Shown: one piece after another, positions 29,516 through 34,540 of the stretch
Numbering within the stretch: the first letter of the stretch is position 1
Layout of the letters: every line of letters starts with the position of its first letter
Assembly (NCBI GenBank): GCA_947573745.1
Contig: CANPGX010000001.1
Coordinates: 1-34,540 of the forward strand
Origin: an uncultured Erysipelotrichaceae bacterium
GTDB lineage: Bacteria; Bacillota_I; Bacilli_A; Erysipelotrichales; Coprobacillaceae
DNA: 34,540 nt
Direction of reading: 5' to 3'
Notes under the pieces: model-generated
The model's input: only the letters and a program-made list of their open reading frames with translations
Databases searched by the model: none
What the model was told of the DNA's origin: nothing
Position numbers and translations under genes: made by a program

Positions 29516-29713
29516 TTAAATGACTTTTACTTGATGAGCTTCTTTACCGCTCTTTCCTTCTACTGACTGAAATTCTACTTCTTGGTTCGCCACTAGCTTT
29601 CTAAATCCTTGCATATCAATGAAACTTTGATGTACGAAGTATTCATGGTCATCTTCTCCCATGATAAAGCCATAACCTTTTTCTGTGATATATCTTCTTA
29701 CTGTTCCTTTCAT
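29516..29713 (-). CDS. cold-shock domain protein (CspA family) carried on the element
   Basis: 65 aa with RNP1-like KGYGFI and an RNP2-like FVH motif. Confidence 0.9.
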   Translation of the reverse strand: MKGTVRRYITEKGYGFIMGEDDHEYFVHQSFIDMQGFRKLVANQEVEFQSVEGKSGKEAHQVKVI

Positions 29714-29899
29714 TGCTTTACTATCCTTTCTTTATATTTCTTGTTTACTTCCCCCACCACCCACACCACTTATAAATGTATCTTCACTTACTTATGCTCC
29801 TTTCTATTGTTCTTGTGAGCTCGTAAGCTCTTGCGATTCAAACATTCTTATCAAAGAGGACTTATTTATCGTATTTGTACATAGTCCTCTGTAATCGTC

Positions 29900-30136
29900 C
29901 TATAAAGCCTTTATTCTATTTACAATTTCATTCTTATAGTTTTCTAAATCATTCCTTAATGCTTTTAGATCATCTATCTTTGATGTTTGTATGCGATTAT
30001 CTAGCAATCCCTCTATCAGTTTATCTATGGATCCGTAATAGGATCTATTGATGTAGCCCGTCTTGGCTTTCTTTTGAAGGATATAAGATAGATCATCTTC
30101 TTTTATCCTGTATTCGTCATTTAACTGTACAATCAT
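29900..30136 (-). CDS. hypothetical protein (78 aa)
   Basis: RBS AGGTGA. The ATG overlaps the upstream stop (ATGA). A hairpin lies just downstream (29855..29890). Confidence 0.5.
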   Translation of the reverse strand: MIVQLNDEYRIKEDDLSYILQKKAKTGYINRSYYGSIDKLIEGLLDNRIQTSKIDDLKALRNDLENYKNEIVNRIKAL

Positions 30137-30387
30137 GACTTATCACCTACTTTATAATCACCGCATGGGGCACCAATAAGGAGTTTAATAGCTGTATCAA
30201 ACCCAGCTACAAATCCCTGTCTTTCATTGATGACACCATATTCATTGATCAGGTCTTTTACTTCCAAAGGGATGGGCGTAGACTTTGTTATCTGTTCCAT
30301 TATCCTCTTTTCCTCTGTGTTCTCTTCTTCTGCTAAGGTCCAATCCCAATACAGATCTTCTATCAATGATTGCTTGATCTTATTCAT
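30133..30387 (-). CDS. hypothetical protein (84 aa)
   Basis: RBS GAGGTGA 6 nt upstream. Overlaps the end of the upstream ORF. Confidence 0.5.
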   Translation of the reverse strand: MNKIKQSLIEDLYWDWTLAEEENTEEKRIMEQITKSTPIPLEVKDLINEYGVINERQGFVAGFDTAIKLLIGAPCGDYKVGDKS

Positions 30388-30838
30388 CTTTCATCACCTC
30401 TTGGTGTTCTTCCCATTCTTTCATTGCCTTTTTATGCTGTTCTACCCACTCTTCTAAGATAGCAAAGGTTCTTGGTAACTCTCCTTTTTCTCTAAAGTAA
30501 GTATGCATATATGAGAAAATACATAAGCTATTCCAATTGTTAAAATCTTTCTCACATTCTCTGCCTCTAGTCATGCCATAATTAAATGCGTAGATCATGG
30601 CCATTGCTTTATTCTCGTGTCGTGAATCTATTTCTTTAAGAACATGCAAGTAATTCCTATTTTCTATTAATGGCATGTCATCTAATTCTTTCATAGTCTG
30701 TTCAATTCTTTTATTCATTTCTATATACCCCTTTTCCTTGAATTGTGGTATAATCTCTTTGGTGTTTGGATTATACCGTTGGCTCTTTATTGTTGGCGCA
30801 ATATTGAGCCTTTTTATTTTGCGAAATCTATTTATCAT
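30380..30838 (-). CDS. hypothetical protein (152 aa; an alternative RBS-preceded start at M41 is possible)
   Basis: Long ORF in the operon frame. The N-terminal 40 aa are very basic. No motif recognised. Confidence 0.5.
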   Translation of the reverse strand: MINRFRKIKRLNIAPTIKSQRYNPNTKEIIPQFKEKGYIEMNKRIEQTMKELDDMPLIENRNYLHVLKEIDSRHENKAMAMIYAFNYGMTRGRECEKDFNNWNSLCIFSYMHTYFREKGELPRTFAILEEWVEQHKKAMKEWEEHQEVMKDE

Positions 30839-30851
30839 GCGTCTTTATTAG

Positions 30852-31076
30852 TTAGTCTTTTAGGCGTATCGTATTTTCTAGACAATCTATAATATCAGTA
30901 ATTCGTTGCAACCATAATAGTCTCATCACCTTTAAGATTGTATCGAAGTCTGCATTTTCACCATGTTGTGCGATAAACTCTTTAGCTTGATCATATGATT
31001 TTGAAAATTCAGCTTGTCTAGATTTTTCTGCTTTTTGTTGCAATATTTCTAACACCATATTTTTATATCCTTTCAT
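30852..31076 (-). CDS. hypothetical protein (74 aa)
   Basis: Track ORF 30852..31121 trimmed to the ATG at 31076 behind GAGGTG. The longer version would start inside an iteron and has no RBS. Confidence 0.45.
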   Translation of the reverse strand: MKGYKNMVLEILQQKAEKSRQAEFSKSYDQAKEFIAQHGENADFDTILKVMRLLWLQRITDIIDCLENTIRLKD

Positions 31077-31105
31077 TTTTAGCACCTCTAGTGAGGGGAT
31101 ATTTT

Positions 31106-31337
31106 TGATAATGTTATCCATTTTTGTTGATTCTATCAGTGTTTTTATAACATTATCATGTTGATAAGGTTATCTATTTTATTTGATAACATTATCAATT
31201 CTTACAAGCACTTAATTTTATTGAATAACTTTATAACATTATCAAGTTGATAAAGTTATATTTATATTGATTTAATCAATATTTTTTAATAACATTATCA
31301 ATTTTTAAGTGTCACTAGAGAAACTTGATAATGCTAT
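31106..31337. repeat. iteron array / probable replication origin of the element
   Basis: ATAACATTATCA occurs perfectly at 31147, 31186, 31233 and 31289. Inverted copies TGATAATGTTAT occur at 31106 (perfect) and, with 1 mismatch, at 31162, 31248 and 31326. An AT-rich palindrome TTGAT-TTA-ATCAA lies around 31267-31279. Confidence 0.75.
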
Positions 31338-33136
31338 TCATTTTCTTCCAATTCTTCTATTTTTTTCAAACAAATAACTGTTTTCCTTTTGGTATCTCCG
31401 TTTGGACTTCCTATTCTCTTTATCTCAATAAGGTTACTTTTACTTAAATCTGCTTTGGCTCGGTTAAAAGTACCTGTGCTTATACTCATAGCTTTAGCCA
31501 ATTCATTTAATTCTGTAGCTTCCATCCCCCCTTCTTGGAGAGAATTTAATATAAAGTTCTTGGCTTCATCAAAAGCTGTACCTTTTTTATCTATTCTTAC
31601 TTTCCCATTTTGATAGTCATAGTCTTTCTTATTGGTAGTTCCCCAGGCTTGAGGCACCCCATCATTTATAGAAAATATCGTTGTCATCTGTTCAATAACA
31701 TAATTGCTTTTTTCATGAGACAAGTAACGCATATTATCATTTCCAGTGAAGCCAACAATAAATACACTTCTTGCAATATCCCATATATCCGAACTATCAG
31801 CAATACGATTGCGGCCATAAGCATTATCTCTCTTGTTTGTATGGGCCATGATAAGCACTGTCACACCATATTTCATGCCATAGCCTATAAGGGGATTCAA
31901 AACATCTCTCATAGCATTTCTATAACCCATATTAACATTGGCTGGTATAAAACTCTGCAATGGATCAAATACCACCAGCGCCGGCCTATGGTAAGCTATA
32001 AGATTCTCTAGAAACTGGCTATTATATTTAATTTCCTTAAAGCGTGGATCCTCTAGTGGAATGGTCATAATGTTTTCCATATTAGCACCATTTCTTTTTA
32101 ATCTCCCTTTAAGTGTTGCCTGTATATCATCTTCACTTGAAAAATACATAACTTTCTGTGGTGGTTTATCTTCTATGAAATCATAAACATCAAAGAAACA
32201 AGAGCCTCCACTACTAATAGCAGCGACAACATTGCACCATACCGTGGTCTTTCCTACTCCACCATTTCCAGCTATTAAAGTGATTTGCCCTTTAGGAATA
32301 AATCCCTGAATAAGCCATTCTGGTTCCTTTTCTTCCACATTAGACATATTTACAACACTTAGATCATTAGTATTTACCCTACTATTGGTTTTACCAATAT
32401 TAGTACCCTTATCATATTTCAAAGCGCTATGTACTATCGTCTTGACCTCATCTTTCGTTAAAGGTGGATTACACTTAGCTTGATTTTCATTCCATACAGC
32501 GCTAAGGATAGCCTTATCTGATAATCCTTTTGCCTGCAACGAACTGGCCAGTTGAAACAGTGTAGCATTTCTACTGCCTTCACCTATTTCCTTTGGAAGT
32601 TCTAAAGGCGGATTGTATACGTCTTCTATCTCTATATCTTTTATACCTTTCAAGAACTCATAAACGGTCTCTGTAGCGTCATTGATATCCTCGCTTAACC
32701 ATTTATACTTCTTACCATTAATCACGCTAGGCGGTGCTAATACGTAGCCATTATCACTTCTTATGTCTATCCCTTCATAAAGATTGATCTTATTCTTAAA
32801 CTCTCCTTTTACCCAATAGTACATATGATAGCCACCACTAGGGGTTTTTACTGTTGCTGTACTTGGAAGACTAGACCCATAAGTATTGAATGATTCTTGA
32901 CCTTCAGCACCGTTCTTAACATCAACATCAACCACTAAAAGGCTATTTCCTGTAGCTATGCCGATATTATACTTTGGGTTTTTATCCCACCACTTTTGGA
33001 TAGTTTCTTTATCCACAGTTGCTTCATTCTTCCATGATCTTAATACTTGCTTGCTTTTAGATCCTTCTTGTAAGGGAAAGACCCTAAGCCCCATATTAGC
33101 GTATCTCAACGCCCACTCTTTTAAATCATCACTCAC
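31334..33136 (-). CDS. bifunctional primase-polymerase (PrimPol) fused to an AAA_25/RepA-like helicase-ATPase and a C-terminal wHTH
   Basis: PrimPol motifs LLVVDVDVKNG and PSGGYHMYYW. PriCT-like GSRNATLFQLASSL. Walker A GNGGVGKTT, Walker B ALVVFDPLQSF. The GTG start overlaps the upstream stop. Confidence 0.85.
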   Translation of the reverse strand: MSDDLKEWALRYANMGLRVFPLQEGSKSKQVLRSWKNEATVDKETIQKWWDKNPKYNIGIATGNSLLVVDVDVKNGAEGQESFNTYGSSLPSTATVKTPSGGYHMYYWVKGEFKNKINLYEGIDIRSDNGYVLAPPSVINGKKYKWLSEDINDATETVYEFLKGIKDIEIEDVYNPPLELPKEIGEGSRNATLFQLASSLQAKGLSDKAILSAVWNENQAKCNPPLTKDEVKTIVHSALKYDKGTNIGKTNSRVNTNDLSVVNMSNVEEKEPEWLIQGFIPKGQITLIAGNGGVGKTTVWCNVVAAISSGGSCFFDVYDFIEDKPPQKVMYFSSEDDIQATLKGRLKRNGANMENIMTIPLEDPRFKEIKYNSQFLENLIAYHRPALVVFDPLQSFIPANVNMGYRNAMRDVLNPLIGYGMKYGVTVLIMAHTNKRDNAYGRNRIADSSDIWDIARSVFIVGFTGNDNMRYLSHEKSNYVIEQMTTIFSINDGVPQAWGTTNKKDYDYQNGKVRIDKKGTAFDEAKNFILNSLQEGGMEATELNELAKAMSISTGTFNRAKADLSKSNLIEIKRIGSPNGDTKRKTVICLKKIEELEENE

Positions 33137-33270
33137 TCTCTCACCTCATCATATTTCAGTATTAAATCACATAAGGCAATAAAAGCTATGATGATCACCC
33201 AATACCACCTAATGCCCCCTAGAATGGCCATAGCTAACACAAACGTGTAGTATATCCATTCTTTCTTCAT
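33133..33270 (-). CDS. small hydrophobic protein (45 aa), not in ORF track
   Basis: Own translation: MKKEWIYYTFVLAMAILGGIRWYWVIIIAFIALCDLILKYDEVRE. Both ends overlap their neighbours (ATGA upstream, GTGA downstream). Confidence 0.4.
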   Translation of the reverse strand: MKKEWIYYTFVLAMAILGGIRWYWVIIIAFIALCDLILKYDEVRE

Positions 33271-33515
33271 TGTCTTACCTCTTTCATTGTTCTTAAGGCT
33301 TCTACTCGATTGCTAATGTCATAGCCTGTCATGTTCCTTTGGAACTTTCTAAACTCCTCTTGAGTAAATACCCAACCTTTACCCGTTTTAATACCTTTTA
33401 GTAGACCTAGCTCTCTCCATTCATAGACATGTTGCACTGATGTTTTCATCAATTCTGCCACGTCTTCATGTGTTAAGGGCACTAGATCTTTTAATGTTTC
33501 TTTGTCGTAGTTCAT
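33267..33515 (-). CDS. excisionase-like / MerR-type HTH_17 DNA-binding protein
   Basis: LTHEDVAELMKTSVQHVYEWRELGLLKGIKTGKGWVFTQEEFRKF fits the phage Xis/HTH_17 pattern. Confidence 0.55.
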   Translation of the reverse strand: MNYDKETLKDLVPLTHEDVAELMKTSVQHVYEWRELGLLKGIKTGKGWVFTQEEFRKFQRNMTGYDISNRVEALRTMKEVRQ

Positions 33516-33536
33516 TTCTTTAGTTTCTCCTTTCTT

Positions 33537-33734
33537 TTAGTCAGTTCTAAATAGTTCATCTATTGTTCCATCAAACTGTAGGAACTCTTTTACCTTTTTA
33601 CATTCTTCTAGTGTGAAGTTTCTTTTTCCCCTTAACTTTTCAGTTATCGCTGTAGTTCCTAAGCCAATAGCAATAGAAAGCTGTTTTCTAGTGATTCCTT
33701 TTAAAGTCAATTCACGCTCTAAAATGTAGTACAT
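33537..33734 (-). CDS. Cro-like XRE-family HTH regulator
   Basis: 65 aa. LKGITRKQLSIAIGLGTTAITEKLRGKRNFT. Divergent from the repressor gene. Confidence 0.8.
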   Translation of the reverse strand: MYYILERELTLKGITRKQLSIAIGLGTTAITEKLRGKRNFTLEECKKVKEFLQFDGTIDELFRTD

Positions 33735-33761
33735 AGTAGTATGGTCATCTCCTTTCCGGTT

Positions 33762-33828
33762 TACGAAATATCGTTAACTTGTTTACTATATTACACGGTA
33801 TAACAAATATTGTCAACGGTATATCGTT
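33762..33828. promoter_or_regulatory. repeated operator-like pseudo-palindromes in the divergent switch region
   Basis: TACGAAATATCGTT (33762..33775) and AACGGTATATCGTT (33815..33828) are 12/14 identical and 53 bp apart. ATATCGTTAA is perfectly repeated (33768, 33821). ACGGTATA is also repeated (33795, 33816). Confidence 0.55.
33788..33816 (-). promoter_or_regulatory. promoter of the Cro-like / replication operon
   Basis: Minus strand: TTGACA - 17 nt - TAATAT. The -35 overlaps one operator copy. Confidence 0.6.
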
Positions 33829-33856
33829 AATTTTTTTGTAAATACGTTTGTTTTTA

Positions 33857-33885
33857 TTGAAAATATATGTAATTTAGTTTATTAT
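33857..33885 (+). promoter_or_regulatory. promoter of the repressor gene
   Basis: TTGAAA - 17 nt - TATTAT, followed by the RBS GAGGTGA and the ATG at 33906. Confidence 0.5.
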
Positions 33886-33905
33886 TGAGATGAGGTGATA
33901 GCATT

Positions 33906-34540
33906 ATGAGAATAGAAAACGAACTAAAAAACCTTATTTTATCAAGATATAAGAGTTTGAGGCAGTTCTCTCTAGATATTGATATGCCCTATTCGACTAT
34001 AGACACTATGCTAAAAAAAGGTATAGGCGGAGCTAGCATTCAAAATATCATTAAAATTTGCCAAGCATTGGCCATTGATACTGACGCTTTGGCAGAAGGA
34101 AGACTTGAAGAGCGTAAAGCAAACGACATTGTTGTGACTTTTAGGGAACAGACTATGCTTAAAAAATATCGCTCTATTGATCAAGAAGGAAGACAAACCG
34201 TCGATACTGTTTTAAATGATATCTATGAACGTTGTAATATCATCAAAGAAGATGAAATTGTTTATGGTTCATTAAATAAATGGATTGATAAGTTACCATC
34301 TTTAGCAAGTGCGGGTATTGGTGACTATCTAGCTGATGGATATGAAACAGAAAAAATAGCAGTGCCTAACGATAGCAAAGCCAACTATGCTATTGGTGTA
34401 AATGGGGATAGTATGCTGCCAACCTATAAAGATGGTGATGTAGTTCTTGTTCAACGAACTAATGATCTCGATTATGGCGATATAGGTATCTTTATTATTG
34501 ATGGTAATTGTTTCATCAAAGAATACCAACAAGATAAGCT
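33906..34540 (+). CDS. CI/LexA-type repressor (XRE HTH + S24 peptidase domain), partial (3' end off window), not in ORF track
   Basis: Own translation: MRIENELKNLILSRYKSLRQFSLDIDMPYSTIDTMLKKGIGGASIQNIIKICQALAIDTDAL...LASAGIGDY...GVNGDSMLPTYKDGDVVLVQ...FIKEY. The GDSM serine motif is typical of S24 autopeptidases. Confidence 0.85.
   Translation, partial: MRIENELKNLILSRYKSLRQFSLDIDMPYSTIDTMLKKGIGGASIQNIIKICQALAIDTDALAEGRLEERKANDIVVTFREQTMLKKYRSIDQEGRQTVDTVLNDIYERCNIIKEDEIVYGSLNKWIDKLPSLASAGIGDYLADGYETEKIAVPNDSKANYAIGVNGDSMLPTYKDGDVVLVQRTNDLDYGDIGIFIIDGNCFIKEYQQDK

Larger units (their letters stand above)
27452..34540 (-). mobile_element. integrated phage-related element, PICI-like satellite architecture (left boundary approximate; right end outside the window)
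   Basis: Contains a CI/Cro-type divergent switch, an excisionase-like HTH, a PrimPol-helicase, an iteron ori, and then only small ORFs up to the chromosomal pfl locus. No terminase, portal, capsid, tail or lysis genes. Confidence 0.6.

Noticed and set aside
29609-29894. Plus-strand track ORFs 29609..29818 and 29685..29894, opposite csp and its leader.
   Set aside because: They are antisense to a canonical csp gene, hydrophobic and low-complexity, and have no RBS.
31389-32011. Plus-strand track ORFs 31389..31613 and 31610..32011, lying antisense inside the PrimPol-helicase gene.
   Set aside because: They are fully embedded opposite a long ORF with clear motifs. Their composition is low-complexity and Ile/Phe/Ser-rich, as expected from antisense AT-rich coding DNA, and they have no RBS.
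34011-34532. Minus-strand track ORFs 34011..34196 and 34329..34532.
   Set aside because: They are antisense to the open HTH+S24 repressor frame that I translated from 33906 to the window end.

Overview
AT-rich chromosome segment that looks like low-GC Bacillota (inferred from gene content only). All calls come from reading the ORF track and translating the sequence by hand; no searches were run.

Positions 1-27.4 kb are mostly ordinary chromosomal genes:
- A Tad/Flp-type pilus locus: CpaF-like ATPase, an unannotated 51-aa Flp-like pilin, and membrane components.
- A ROK kinase / AsnC / aminotransferase / DUF4250 operon.
- A radical-SAM protein.
- ispF-gltX, and rlmA.
- A frameshifted RluA-family pseudouridine synthase.
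- Acyl-ACP thioesterase, and lspA.
- pyrG, with what looks like the CTP-sensing GGGC/terminator leader.
- Two tandem D-Ala-D-Ala carboxypeptidase paralogs.
- A HAD phosphatase, and murQ plus a MurK-like kinase.
- A DUF5131 / GyrI-like pair, and a DUF2087 / orphan EIIB pair.
- A hydrolase and a NUDIX protein.
- A pyruvate formate-lyase locus that is both frameshifted and split, so its glycyl-radical domain is a separate 79-aa ORF behind a degenerate 68-aa paralog.

From about 27.45 kb to the right edge lies one arm of an integrated phage-related element:
- A LexA/CI-type repressor sits divergent from a Cro-like HTH, with repeated operators between them.
- Next come an excisionase-like HTH and a fused PrimPol-helicase, followed immediately by an iteron array that is probably the ori.
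- Nine small minus-strand ORFs follow, including a cold-shock protein and two unrecognisable ~196-aa proteins.
- No packaging, capsid, tail or lysis genes appear before the element ends at the pfl locus.

I read this as a PICI-like phage satellite; a late-gene-deleted prophage is the alternative. Its accessory operon is the best candidate for an undescribed system. No rRNA, tRNA, CRISPR array or IS element was recognised.
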